Shown: piece after piece, positions 26,641 through 36,418 of the stretch
Position numbering within the stretch: the stretch's first letter is position 1
Layout: each line of letters begins with the position of its first letter
Source: an uncultured Gemmatimonadales bacterium
GTDB lineage: Bacteria > Gemmatimonadota > Gemmatimonadetes > Gemmatimonadales > JACORV01
Assembly (NCBI GenBank): GCA_963806755.1
Contig: CAWDZR010000034.1
Span: forward strand, 31,223-95,222
DNA: 64,000 nt
Reading direction: 5' to 3'
Notes under the pieces: generated by a model
Seen by the model: only the letters and a program-made list of their open reading frames with translations
Told to the model about the DNA's origin: nothing
Database searches by the model: none
Translations under genes and position numbers: made by a program

Positions 26641-28446
26641 CTACGAGCGAGCCGAGACGAGGCGCGCGGGGGCCTGGCGCGACGCGCGCCACGCCGGCAG
26701 CAGGGCGCCCGCGCACGCGGCCGCGCCAAGCAGCGCGCCGTAGCGCAGCACGGCCCCCGGATCCCAGGGAGGCAGCCCGCTGACCGCCGCACGCAGGGCG
26801 TCCCACACCATCATCCCCACCCACAGCCCGACCGCGAGGCCGCCGGCCGCGACCAGCGCGGCGCCGACGAGGACGTGCGCGACGACGTCGCGGCGCCGCG
26901 CGCCGAGCGCCCGTCGCAGGCCCAGCTCGCCGGCGAGCGACGCGACCCACAGCCACATCACCACGAAGGTGCCGGCCACGGCGATCGCGAGCATCGCCCA
27001 CCCCTCGACGCCGAACATCGCCGCGAACCAGCCCAGCGGCGCGGCCTCGGCCGCGAGCACGGCCGCCTCGCCGCGCCGCTCGATCTTCGCCCCCGGCAAT
27101 CCCAGGCCGCCGCGGACCAGGCGTCCCGCCGCGCGGACCGAGTCGCCAGGCCCGCGCACGAGCAGCTCCACGGCCGGCGCGGGGTGTTGGAGGACGCTGA
27201 GGTACACGGCCTCCGCGGGCTCGAGCCCGCCGCCGAGGGCCCGGGACTGCCGGTCTTCCACCACGCCCACGACCGTGTACAGGGAGTCCGACCCGCGCCC
27301 CACGAGGATGCCCCGCCCCACGGCGCCGGCGGCCTCGAAATGGCGCTCGGCCAGGCTGCGGCTGATCACGGCGACGGGAGCCGCTCCCCAGGCATCCGCG
27401 TCGGTGAATCCTCGTCCGGTGACGATCGGGAGCCGGAGCGCGCGGAACGTGTCGGCGCTGGCGAGGTAGTGCGCGGCAAGGAACGAGTGCCACGGCAGCG
27501 GCAGCCCGCCCCACATGCAGGCGCCGCAGTCCGTCACCGTGATGTCCACCGGACCGAGTCCCACCAGGGTGCCCGGGCTGGCGAGACTCGCGACCCGCAC
27601 CCACGGTCGCGCCCGCAAGGCGCGGAGCAGCGCGCCGTACGCCGCGGCGCGCCGGGCCGGGTCCACCTCGCTGAGCGAGATCGCGAACACCTCGCCCCCC
27701 CGGGCGGTCGCAGTCCGAGCGTCAGGCGCGGCGCGGCGCGTCAGCAGCGACGCGGCCACCAGCACCGTCAGGCTGAGCCCGAGCTGGAGCGCGGGCACCG
27801 CCAGGACGAGCGGCGTCTCCTCCGCGACCCCGAGGTGGGCGCGCCGGCGCGTCGCGCGCAGCGGCAGCAGCGCGCCGCCGACGATGCCCGCCACGACCGC
27901 GCCCGCCGCCACCACCGCCGGAAGGGTGGCGGGGACCGCGGTGCCCGGCCAGGCGCCCAGCGCCAGGCGCGCGCCGGCCACACCGACGGCGCCTCCCACG
28001 ACGAGGGCCGCGGCGGCGATGAGGGCGCCTTCGAGCAGGGCCGCGACCAGCAGGTGCAGCCGCGACGCCCCCACCGCGCGCCGGATCACGATTTCCGGCG
28101 CCCGCGCGGAGGCGCGGGCGGTCGCGAGCGACAGCGCGGAGAGCCAGGTGACGGCGAGGACGCCGAGCGCGACGCCGAGGAGGAGCCGCGAGAGGCCGGT
28201 CACCGCCGCGCGGCGCAGCGCCTCCGGATCCTGATGCAGGGTGCTCCACACCAGGCCCAGGTCGCCGCCGGGCGCGGCCGGCAGGGTCAGGTGCGGCGGC
28301 TGGCCGGCGCCGGCGGGGGCGACCAACGCGAACGCGGGCACCAGGACGGCCAGCGCCGCGGCGCACGCGGCCGCAAGGAGCACCGTGGTGCCCCAGTACG
28401 CGCGGAGGGTGTGCAGCGCGGGGGCGCCGGCGCCGCGGAGGCTCAT
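26641..28446 (-). CDS. FtsX/MacB-like (ADOP-type) ABC transporter permease; no adjacent ATPase gene
   Basis: Start MSLRGAGAPALHTLRAYWG at 28446. Has an N-terminal TM, a large periplasmic domain and a C-terminal FtsX 3-TM module (GELGLRRALGARRRDV). Confidence 0.8.
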   Translation of the reverse strand: MSLRGAGAPALHTLRAYWGTTVLLAAACAAALAVLVPAFALVAPAGAGQPPHLTLPAAPGGDLGLVWSTLHQDPEALRRAAVTGLSRLLLGVALGVLAVTWLSALSLATARASARAPEIVIRRAVGASRLHLLVAALLEGALIAAAALVVGGAVGVAGARLALGAWPGTAVPATLPAVVAAGAVVAGIVGGALLPLRATRRRAHLGVAEETPLVLAVPALQLGLSLTVLVAASLLTRRAAPDARTATARGGEVFAISLSEVDPARRAAAYGALLRALRARPWVRVASLASPGTLVGLGPVDITVTDCGACMWGGLPLPWHSFLAAHYLASADTFRALRLPIVTGRGFTDADAWGAAPVAVISRSLAERHFEAAGAVGRGILVGRGSDSLYTVVGVVEDRQSRALGGGLEPAEAVYLSVLQHPAPAVELLVRGPGDSVRAAGRLVRGGLGLPGAKIERRGEAAVLAAEAAPLGWFAAMFGVEGWAMLAIAVAGTFVVMWLWVASLAGELGLRRALGARRRDVVAHVLVGAALVAAGGLAVGLWVGMMVWDALRAAVSGLPPWDPGAVLRYGALLGAAACAGALLPAWRASRQAPARLVSARS

Positions 28447-28477
28447 CGGGCGCGGCGACCGGCCCCGCGGCGGGCCA

Positions 28478-29995
28478 TCACTCGAGGGTGAACCACGCCT
28501 CCAGCTGGCGGCGCGACGCCTCGTCGTCGTCCCGGTGGTGGTACTCGTTGGTGTGGGAGGAGTACACGTAGTCGCGCGCCCAGGCCTCGCCGTGCGCCGC
28601 GATCTCGGCCACCGCGGCGATGCAGTGGTCCACGTCCGCCATCGGCATGGTCGGGTGGAAGGAGAGACGGACCCAGCCAGGCTTCTCCGACAGGTCGCCG
28701 CGATCGATCCGTTCGGTGATGTGCCGCGAGCGCGAGGGGTCCACGTTGAGCAGGTAGTGCCCGTAGGTGCCGGCGCACGAGCATCCGCCCCGGGACTGCA
28801 CCCCGAAGCGGTCGTTGAGGAGGCGCACTGCCAGGTTGTAGTGGACCCGTTCGAGGTAGAAGGACACGATCGCCAGGCGCTCGCGCACCCCGCGCGCCAG
28901 GACATGCACGCCCGGTATCCGCTCCAGCCCGTCCAGGACGCGCGGCACGACGGCCGCCTCCCGCTCCGCCATCGCCTCGATCCCCATCGCCTCCTTCAGC
29001 TCCACCGCGAGGGCCGCCCGGATGGCCTGCAGGAAGCCCGGGGTGCCGCCGTCCTCGCGCGCCTCGACGTCGCCCCGGAACGCGTACTGGCCCCACGGGT
29101 TGGTCCAGTCCACCGTGCCCCCGCCCGCCTCGTCCGGCACCGAGTTGTGGTACAGCGCGCCGTTGAAGACCAGCACGCCCGAGGAGCCGGGGCCTCCGAG
29201 GAACTTGTGCGGCGAGAACAGCAGCGCGTCGAGCCGCTGCTCGGCATCGGCGGGATGCATGTCGAGGGCCACGTACGGCGCCGACGCCGCCGCGTCCACG
29301 AAGGCGACGCCTCCGGCGCGGTGCATCAGCGCAGCCAGCGCGTGATACGGCGTCCGGATGCCCGTCACGTTCGAGCAGGCGGTGAACGCGCCGATCTTGA
29401 CCCGCCGCGCCCGGTAGCGCTGCAGCAGCTCCTCGAGGGCCGCGAGGTCCACGACGCCTCGCGCGTCGGGCGGGACGACGACCACGTCCGCGATCGTCTC
29501 GTACCAGGACGTGTGGTTGGAGTGGTGCTCCAGGTGCGTGACGAACACCACCGGCCGGTCCGCCTCGGCGAGGTGGATCTGGCTGCGCAGCGCCTGCGGC
29601 GCCTTCAGGCCCAGGATGCGCTGGAACTTGTTGATCATCCCGGTCATCCCGGTGCCGCCGGTGAGGATGAGGTCCCCCGGCCCCGCGTTGACGTGCGCCT
29701 TCAGGCGGCGGTGCGCCTCGTGATACGCGGAGGTCATCGCCGAGCCCGTGGCACTCGCCTCGGAGTGGGTGTTCCCGACGAACGGCCCGAGGTCGTCGAG
29801 GAGGCGCTGCTCGATGGGCCGGTACAGGCGCCCGCTGGCCGTCCAGTCGGCGTAGACCATCCGCTGCTCGCCGTAGGGCGTGCGGAAGGTCTGGTCGTGG
29901 CCGACCGTGTTCAGCCGGAACGGCTCGAAGTACCGCTCGAGCCGCTCCGGCTCCTCACCCGCGCCGACCGGCGCCCGCCGCAACGGTGCCGCCAC
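28478..29995 (-). CDS. class-V aminotransferase-fold PLP enzyme (cysteine desulfurase/selenocysteine lyase-like)
   Basis: SPHKFLGGPGSSG (PLP-lysine motif) and GNTHSEAS, ~505 aa. Confidence 0.85.
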   Translation of the reverse strand: MAAPLRRAPVGAGEEPERLERYFEPFRLNTVGHDQTFRTPYGEQRMVYADWTASGRLYRPIEQRLLDDLGPFVGNTHSEASATGSAMTSAYHEAHRRLKAHVNAGPGDLILTGGTGMTGMINKFQRILGLKAPQALRSQIHLAEADRPVVFVTHLEHHSNHTSWYETIADVVVVPPDARGVVDLAALEELLQRYRARRVKIGAFTACSNVTGIRTPYHALAALMHRAGGVAFVDAAASAPYVALDMHPADAEQRLDALLFSPHKFLGGPGSSGVLVFNGALYHNSVPDEAGGGTVDWTNPWGQYAFRGDVEAREDGGTPGFLQAIRAALAVELKEAMGIEAMAEREAAVVPRVLDGLERIPGVHVLARGVRERLAIVSFYLERVHYNLAVRLLNDRFGVQSRGGCSCAGTYGHYLLNVDPSRSRHITERIDRGDLSEKPGWVRLSFHPTMPMADVDHCIAAVAEIAAHGEAWARDYVYSSHTNEYHHRDDDEASRRQLEAWFTLE

Positions 29996-30031
29996 GAATG
30001 ACCTCCGCCTGATCCGTCCTACCCGCGCAAT

Positions 30032-31048
30032 CTAGCGGTCGAGCACCATCAGCGAGAAGGTGCCGGGCAGGATGGCCGGCCGCGGGCGCGGCCGCTCGGC
30101 CGTGGGCGCGGGCGCCGGGCCGAAGTCGGCCGTGACGGTATAGAGCTGGTGCGTGCGCTCGTTGAGCTCCATCGTGCGCGCGCCGCGCTTGGTCGCGACG
30201 TTGGCGACGACGGTGTACTTGTCCGGCGAGTCCTCGTGGATCACGGTGATCGTGCCGTCGCCGTTGGAAGCGAAGGCCAGCCGCGTCGCGGGATCGAAGC
30301 GGCAGGCATCCACGCCCCGGCCGATGGGCACGGTGGTGACGAGCTTGCCGGCGCGCGCGTCCGAGATGCCCATGACGCCGCTGCGGCAGCCGCTGAACAG
30401 GCGCATCGTGCGACGGTCGATCGCCAGCCCGCTCGGGCCCTCGCACGGCGCGATGGACCAGTGCCGCGTCGCCCGCATGGCACGGGCGTCCACCTCGACC
30501 ACCTCGTTCTTGTCCTCGAGGTTGATGTAGATCCTGCCGTTGCCGGCGCTGACGCCGAACTCCGGCTTCCCGCCGAGATCCACGCTGCCGAGCAGCCTGC
30601 CCGTCACGCCGTCGAGGACCGAGGCCGTGCCGGCGTCGCCGTTCATCGTGACGATGTGGCGGGTCGCGGGATCGTAGAGGATGCCGTCGTCGTCGATGGC
30701 CGCGACGGTCCGCCCGAGCACCTTGAGCGTGGCGAGGTCGAACATGGTGACGGTGCTGTCGGCCCCCGAGGTCGCGAAGCCGTGGCCCGCCGCGTAGTCG
30801 AAGGCGACGCCGTGGGCGCGGTTGAGGCTATCGATCTGGCCCAGCAGTGCGCCCGTCTCGGGGTTCACGACCATCACCCGGTCCTGCCGCGCGATGAACA
30901 ACCGGTGGCCGTGGGTGTCGAGGGCGAGGTAGTCCCACCCGCCGTCGCCTCCGAGGGTGAAGGTCTTGGCGACATGGTACGATTGGGCCTGGGCGGCTGC
31001 GGCGAAGCAGCACAGCAGCGCGGCCAGGGTCAGGCGATGGAACCGCAT
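30032..31048 (-). CDS. YncE-like beta-propeller protein, secreted
   Basis: ATG at 31048 follows GAGAGGAG. Has a signal peptide (AAAAQAQ) and GGDGGWDYLALD...RLFIAR repeats. Confidence 0.85.
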   Translation of the reverse strand: MRFHRLTLAALLCCFAAAAQAQSYHVAKTFTLGGDGGWDYLALDTHGHRLFIARQDRVMVVNPETGALLGQIDSLNRAHGVAFDYAAGHGFATSGADSTVTMFDLATLKVLGRTVAAIDDDGILYDPATRHIVTMNGDAGTASVLDGVTGRLLGSVDLGGKPEFGVSAGNGRIYINLEDKNEVVEVDARAMRATRHWSIAPCEGPSGLAIDRRTMRLFSGCRSGVMGISDARAGKLVTTVPIGRGVDACRFDPATRLAFASNGDGTITVIHEDSPDKYTVVANVATKRGARTMELNERTHQLYTVTADFGPAPAPTAERPRPRPAILPGTFSLMVLDR

Positions 31049-31159
31049 GGGGATCCGACTCCTCTCAGAGGTGAATGGAACGGGCGCACCGGCGTTCTCG
31101 GTCTCCGCCGAAGGGTGTACCCTCCGGGACCTCGCACGTTCGCGGGTGCGGCCAACCGG

Positions 31160-31813
31160 TCACGGCGCCTTGCGCTCCCGGGAGGCCACTTCGACCAGGA
31201 TGGCGTGGCGCACCAGCTCCCACTCGGAGGCGAGGCCGAGCAGGCGCCGGATGCGCTGGCGGTGGAAGGTGATCGTGCTCTCGGACAGGCCGAGCTTCGC
31301 GGCGATCTCGCCCGACGTCCTGCCTTTGCCGATGAGGCGCAGGATGGTCTGCTGGCGCGGCGTGAGGCGCGAGAGGCTGGCGTGCGTGGCGTCGAGGCCC
31401 ACGCGGTGGCTCGTCCGGGGCACCCGCTCGGAGAGGAAGGTCTTCCCGGCCAGCACCGCGTCGAGCGCGCGCTCCAGCTCCTCCATGCCGGCGTCCTTGG
31501 GCACGAAACCCATGGCCCCGGCCGCGAGCGCCGCCTCGGCGAGGATGCGGTCCACGTGCATCGTGAGGACCAGCACGCGCAGACCCGGCTGGAGCGCCAG
31601 GATCTCGGGCAGCAGCTCCAGCCCCCCGCGGCCGGGGAGCGAGAGGTCGAGCAGCACCACGTCGGTCGGGGTCCGCCGCAGCAGCTCGAGCAGCTCGTCC
31701 CCCGCGTACGCCACGCCCACGATGTCGTAACGTGCGCCCAGCATCTGCTGCAGCCCCTGCACCACGAGCCGGTGGTCGTCCACGATCAGCAGGCGAGACC
31801 GGGAACGCGTCAT
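31160..31813 (-). CDS. NarL/FixJ-family response regulator (REC + LuxR HTH)
   Basis: LLIVDDH...VVLLDLSLPG receiver domain and LTPRQQTILRLIGKGRTSGEIAAKLGLSESTI HTH. ATGA overlap with the kinase gene. Confidence 0.9.
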   Translation of the reverse strand: MTRSRSRLLIVDDHRLVVQGLQQMLGARYDIVGVAYAGDELLELLRRTPTDVVLLDLSLPGRGGLELLPEILALQPGLRVLVLTMHVDRILAEAALAAGAMGFVPKDAGMEELERALDAVLAGKTFLSERVPRTSHRVGLDATHASLSRLTPRQQTILRLIGKGRTSGEIAAKLGLSESTITFHRQRIRRLLGLASEWELVRHAILVEVASRERKAP

Positions 31814-32571
31814 GGAGGGGTGGCTCCGGGAAACGCCGCCGTCACGATCGTCCCTCCGCCGGGCCGAGTGTCCACGGCGAGGGTTCCGCCCAGGGCGTCC
31901 GCCCGTTGCCGCATCGCCACCAGGCCGAGCCCGGCCTCCCGTCGCTCGGGCCGGTGATCGAAGCCGTGGCCCGCATCGGCCACGCGCAGGGTGAGGGCGC
32001 CGTGGGCCGCCTCCAGGCTCAGGTCGGCACGCCCCACGCCCGCGTGGCGCACCACGTTGCGCAGCGCCTCCTGCGCGATGCGGTAGGCCGCGACCGCCAC
32101 GCCCGGCGCCAGCGTGAGGTCGGACGCGGGCAGGCTCAGCCGCACCTCCAGCCCGTGCGCCCGCTCGTAGTCGGCGGCGAGCGCTCCCAGCGACCGCACC
32201 AGCCCCGCCTTTTCGACGGTGGAGGGGTGCAGCTCGTGCGCGGCCGTGCGCAGCACCGTCCCCAGGTCCTCCAGCTCGGCCGAGACGCCCTCGAGCCGGT
32301 GCGCCGCCTCGGGGCCGACCATCGGCGCGACGTCCTCCAGCTCGCGCCGAAGCAGCACCACCCGCTGCAGGGCGTCGTCGTGCAGCTCCCGCGCCACGCG
32401 CGAGCGCTCCTCCTCCTGGGCGGCGAGCAGCCGCTGCGTGTGCGCCCGCTCGAGCGCCAGGCGGCGGCGCTGCGAGATCACCAGCGCCGCGAGAAACGCC
32501 CCGAGCACGATCGCGACGCTCAGCACGGCCGCGGCGAACAGCGACCAGACCGTCAGGTCGCGGCTGGTCAC
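31810..32571 (-). CDS. NarL-type sensor histidine kinase (1 TM, HisKA_3 + HATPase)
   Basis: EEERSRVARELHDDALQ H-box, GLGLVAMRQRA G-box, GTG start. Confidence 0.85.
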   Translation of the reverse strand: MTSRDLTVWSLFAAAVLSVAIVLGAFLAALVISQRRRLALERAHTQRLLAAQEEERSRVARELHDDALQRVVLLRRELEDVAPMVGPEAAHRLEGVSAELEDLGTVLRTAAHELHPSTVEKAGLVRSLGALAADYERAHGLEVRLSLPASDLTLAPGVAVAAYRIAQEALRNVVRHAGVGRADLSLEAAHGALTLRVADAGHGFDHRPERREAGLGLVAMRQRADALGGTLAVDTRPGGGTIVTAAFPGATPP

Positions 32572-32599
32572 GCGACCCCCCAGTCCACGGCCAGGGCAC

Positions 32600-33226
32600 T
32601 CATGGTTCGGGCAGCGCGATGCCGCGCGCGATGACCAGGAAGGCCACCAGCATGAGCCCCATCGCCAGCTCGTAGGCCCGGCGGAAGAGGAGGGGATCCC
32701 GCAGCAGCAGCCCGCTCACCGGGCCCACGGTGGCAAACGTGCCGAAGTACAGCGTCATCCCGCCGCAGATCCAGAACCAGCCCTTCCGCAGCAGGTCGCC
32801 CGAGCCGGCGGCGCTCCGCGCGACGAGCGTGTACGCCGCCGCGCCGAGCCCGACCAGCGCCAGCATCGGCTGCGCCGCGCGGCTGAAGGTCGAGGTGTTG
32901 TCGAACGCGAACGTGAGGACGCCGAACACCAGCAAGGCCGGGGGAATGACCAGCCGCACGGTGAGCCGCGCGAGCGGTCGCACCTGCCACAGGGCAAGCG
33001 CCCACAGCGCCAGGACCATGGCGACCGGCTCGAAGACGTAACCGACCCAGAGGTTGTGGACGTGGGCCGCCGCCAACGCGACCTGCAGCGCCTCCTCCAT
33101 CGCCAGCACGGTGGCCCACGCCACCACCCAGCCGCGCGCGCCCCGCCACGCGCCGCGCCGCACCGCCACGACCAGCGGCACCGCCAGCGAAAACCCGGCG
33201 ATACTGTTGATCAGCGGGGCGCCCAT
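32600..33226 (-). CDS. hypothetical polytopic membrane protein (6-7 TM), possibly the sensory partner of the downstream kinase
   Basis: High GC3, hydrophobic segments throughout, and 28 nt upstream of the kinase gene. Confidence 0.7.
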   Translation of the reverse strand: MGAPLINSIAGFSLAVPLVVAVRRGAWRGARGWVVAWATVLAMEEALQVALAAAHVHNLWVGYVFEPVAMVLALWALALWQVRPLARLTVRLVIPPALLVFGVLTFAFDNTSTFSRAAQPMLALVGLGAAAYTLVARSAAGSGDLLRKGWFWICGGMTLYFGTFATVGPVSGLLLRDPLLFRRAYELAMGLMLVAFLVIARGIALPEP

Positions 33227-33233
33227 CCGACCG

Positions 33234-33542
33234 TCAGCCCGTCAAGGCGTTGGACGCGCTGCACCACGGCGGGCACGGGTGCGTCTGCTCGAGGAGCGTG
33301 CCGCTCACCATGTCGGATCCGGACGCGTCCACGCCGACCAGGACCAGCGTCGGGTTCAGGTCCGCGTCGCGGCCGTGATAGATGCGCAGCGCGACGCATC
33401 CCGGCTGCGCGAGCAGCGCGCGCAGCTGGTCGGCGTGGCAGGCGTGCGCCGAGACCGGCGAGAGCTTGGCGTCGCGGTAGCGCCTGGTGTGCTCCGCGGC
33501 GTCGGCCAGGGAAATGCGGTGGTCACGGGCAGGAAGCGTCAC
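33234..33542 (-). CDS. small conserved-looking hypothetical protein (102 aa) ending HPCPPWCSASNAL
   Basis: High GC3, and 7 nt upstream of the next gene on the same strand. Confidence 0.6.
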   Translation of the reverse strand: MTLPARDHRISLADAAEHTRRYRDAKLSPVSAHACHADQLRALLAQPGCVALRIYHGRDADLNPTLVLVGVDASGSDMVSGTLLEQTHPCPPWCSASNALTG

Positions 33543-33600
33543 AGGTTCCTCACTGGTTGGGGGGAGCGGTAGTCTCGGCCCGGGCTCCCCCCGGCGAAAG

Positions 33601-33656
33601 ACTATAAGATCCTATAGTCCGGGCGCACGGAAGGGGCACTATGGGATCCTATAGAC
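33601..33656. promoter_or_regulatory. Two copies of a 19-bp imperfectly palindromic box in a divergent promoter region
   Basis: ACTATAAGATCCTATAGTC (33601-33619) and ACTATGGGATCCTATAGAC (33638-33656) match 16/19, with starts 37 bp apart. Each box is 7/8 self-complementary around GATC, and both sit in an AT-richer island. Confidence 0.5.
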
Positions 33657-33694
33657 TTTTCCCCCGCCCCCGCCACGCGCATACTGGCCTTGCC

Positions 33695-34120
33695 ATGATG
33701 GTCGAATACCGCAGCACCGGGCGCCAGCGCGTCATCGTCATCGGCGGCACCAGGCTCGCGTCGCTGCGCGACTGGCTCGCCGCGATCGACGTCGGCACGC
33801 TGCCGGCGCGCGAGGACGACGCGACGGCGCTGCTCCTGGACTTCCGCGCCGAAGGGTTCACGCCCGGGGCGCGCGAGGCCAGCGCGCTCATCGCGACGCT
33901 GGTCGCGCTGTGCGGCGCCCGCGTGCCGCCGGTGGCGATCCTCACCAACCCGGGGCCGCAGTTCGGCGGCGCCTGGATGCTGTGCACCCTCGGCGAGCTG
34001 CGCGATTGCCGCGCGGCCGCGTTTCGCGACGAGGGCGAGGCGTGGCGCTGGCTCGCCGAACAGGTGCAGAGCCGCCCCCGCCGCAGCCCGGCCGGCATGC
34101 CGGCGCTGCTCCAGGCCTAG
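33695..34120 (+). CDS. hypothetical protein
   Basis: The track ORF starts at 33641, but codons before the ATG-ATG at 33695 have low GC3 and overlap the repeat box. GC3 is high from 33695 onward. Confidence 0.6.
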   Translation: MMVEYRSTGRQRVIVIGGTRLASLRDWLAAIDVGTLPAREDDATALLLDFRAEGFTPGAREASALIATLVALCGARVPPVAILTNPGPQFGGAWMLCTLGELRDCRAAAFRDEGEAWRWLAEQVQSRPRRSPAGMPALLQA

Positions 34121-34190
34121 CCGCTTCCCGCCTTTCACGCCCCCGACCTCCGCGGTGTTATAGTCCCGACTCCCAAACCGAGGGGCGGGC

Positions 34191-35111
34191 GTGGCGGCGC
34201 TGCGGGGCAAGGCTCTGGTCGCGTATCTCCTGGTGTGTGTCGTCTGGGGTTCCACCTATCTGGCCATCCGGATCGGCGTCGAGGCGCTGCCGCCGTTCCT
34301 GTTCGCCGGGGCGAGGTTCCTCGTGGCCGGGCTCCTGCTCCTTGGCGCCGCCCTCGCTTCGGGAGCGCGCCTGCCGCGGCGCGCCCGGGACTGGGGCACC
34401 CTCGCGGTGGTGGGGATCTTCCTCCTCGCCGGCGGAAACTCCATGGTGGTCTGGGCGGAGCAGTTCACGCCCTCCGGCGTCGCCAGCCTGTTCGTCGTGA
34501 CCGTGGCCTTGTGGATGGCGGTGTTCGACGCGGCCCTGCCGGGCGGCGGCCGCCTGTCGTGGCGGGTGATCACCGGCCTCGTGCTCGGCCTGGCCGGCAC
34601 CGCCCTGCTGGTCGCAGCCGACCCGCACCAACTGCTGCACGCCGACCTGCGCGGCCCCGTGGCGCTGACGGGGGCGAGCGCGTCGTGGGCCTTCGGGTCG
34701 GTGTACTACCAGCGCCACCACGCCGACGGCAGCCCCTACGTCGGGGCCGCGATCGAGATGCTGGCCGGCGGCGCGCTGGTGATCGTGCTGGGCCTGCTGC
34801 TGGGCGAGGCGCACCACGTGCAGCTCACGACGCGCGGCCTCGCGGCCCTCGGCTACCTGGTCGTGTTCGGCTCCGTGGTGGGGTACACCGCCTACAACTA
34901 CGCCTTGCACCATGCCGACGCGACCGTCGTCGGCACCTACGCCTACGTGAACCCGCTGATCGCCGTCCTGCTCGGCGCGCTGATCCTCGGCGAGCAGGTC
35001 GGCCTCCGCACGCTGGTCGCGATGGCCCTCATCCTGGGCGCGGTGCTGTGGATCCACGCGGCGCGCCGCGCAACCGCGGCTCCCCGCGCGGACGCCGCGG
35101 CGGCCGACTAG
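34191..35111 (+). CDS. EamA/DMT-family transporter
   Basis: Ten TM helices in two EamA repeats (VWGSTYLAIRIGV...). Confidence 0.85.
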   Translation: MAALRGKALVAYLLVCVVWGSTYLAIRIGVEALPPFLFAGARFLVAGLLLLGAALASGARLPRRARDWGTLAVVGIFLLAGGNSMVVWAEQFTPSGVASLFVVTVALWMAVFDAALPGGGRLSWRVITGLVLGLAGTALLVAADPHQLLHADLRGPVALTGASASWAFGSVYYQRHHADGSPYVGAAIEMLAGGALVIVLGLLLGEAHHVQLTTRGLAALGYLVVFGSVVGYTAYNYALHHADATVVGTYAYVNPLIAVLLGALILGEQVGLRTLVAMALILGAVLWIHAARRATAAPRADAAAAD

Positions 35112-35179
35112 CCCCTTCCCCGCGCGCCGGCGCTCGCTCCATGATTGGAGAGCGACGGGTTCGTCGGCGGGAGGCGGCT

Positions 35180-36298
35180 ATGGCAGGTGACGCGCTGCGC
35201 GCCCGGGCGGCGGAGCTGCTGGCGCTCGCGGACGTGACGATCGACGGCGACCGGCCCTGGGACATGGTGGTGCGGGACGAGCGGCTGTTCGCCCGCGTCC
35301 TGGCCGAAGGCTCCCTCGGCCTGGGCGAGTCGTACATGGACGGCTGGTGGGTGAGCGAGCGGCTGGACGAGTTCTTCGCTCGGATCCTGGCGGCCGACCT
35401 CGACACCAAGGTCCGGCCGTGGAAGGACGCCCTGCGCGTGCTGCGGGCGCGGATCGTGAACCTCCAGCGGCCCGCACGCGCGTTCCAGATCGGCGAGCGC
35501 CACTACGACATCGGCAACGAGCTGTTCGCGCGGATGCTCGACCGGCGGATGATCTACAGCTGCGGTTACTGGCAGGTCGCGACGACCCTCGACGCGGCCC
35601 AGGAGGCCAAGCTCGACCTGGTGTGTCGCAAGCTCGGGCTGCGGCCGGGCATGCGGGTGCTGGACATCGGCTGCGGGTGGGGAGGCACGGCGCAGTTCGC
35701 GGCCGAGCGCTACGGCGTCTCCGTGGTTGGAGCGACGGTCTCGGCCGAGCAGGCGCGCCATGCGCGCGAGTTGTGCGCGGGCCTCGACGTGGAGATCCGG
35801 CTCGAGGACTACCGCGCCCTGCGGGGGACCTTCGACCGCGTGCTGTCCATCGGCATGTTCGAGCACGTGGGCTGCAAGAACTACTCGACCTTCATGCGGG
35901 TGGTACGCGAGCGCCTGGCTCCGGACGGGTTGTTCCTGCTGCACACCATCGGCGCCAATCGCTCGCAGCGGAAGAACGACCCCTGGACCGAGCGGTACAT
36001 CTTCCCCAACTCGATGCTCCCGTCGGCGCGCCAGATCGCGGCGGCGATCGAGGGCGCGTTCGTGCTCGAGGACTGGCACAGCTTCGGTCCCGACTACGAC
36101 CGGACGCTGATGGCGTGGCATGCGAACGTCGAGCGCGCGTGGCCCGAGCTGGCCGACCGGTACGACGAGCGCTTCCGGCGGATGTGGCGGTATTTCCTGC
36201 TGTCGAGCGCGGGGGCGTTCCGCGCCCGCAAGAACCAGCTCTGGCAGCTGGTGCTGTCGCCCGCCGGCGTGGCCGGCGGCTACCGCGCGCCGCGTTGA
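35180..36298 (+). CDS. cfa: cyclopropane-fatty-acyl-phospholipid synthase family SAM methyltransferase
   Basis: ATG at 35180 follows GGGAGG. HYDIGNELF, VLDIGCGWGG, SIGMFEHVG and YFLLSSAGAFRAR are present. Confidence 0.9.
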   Translation: MAGDALRARAAELLALADVTIDGDRPWDMVVRDERLFARVLAEGSLGLGESYMDGWWVSERLDEFFARILAADLDTKVRPWKDALRVLRARIVNLQRPARAFQIGERHYDIGNELFARMLDRRMIYSCGYWQVATTLDAAQEAKLDLVCRKLGLRPGMRVLDIGCGWGGTAQFAAERYGVSVVGATVSAEQARHARELCAGLDVEIRLEDYRALRGTFDRVLSIGMFEHVGCKNYSTFMRVVRERLAPDGLFLLHTIGANRSQRKNDPWTERYIFPNSMLPSARQIAAAIEGAFVLEDWHSFGPDYDRTLMAWHANVERAWPELADRYDERFRRMWRYFLLSSAGAFRARKNQLWQLVLSPAGVAGGYRAPR

Positions 36299-36418
36299 CT
36301 GCGGACCACGAGGACCGCGAACGACGCACGGTCGTTCCGCAGCGTTCGCGCATCGTGCCGGCGCTCGCGCATCATGGGCACGCCGCGAGGGGCGTCGTCG
36401 TTCTCGAGTCGCGTCGTT

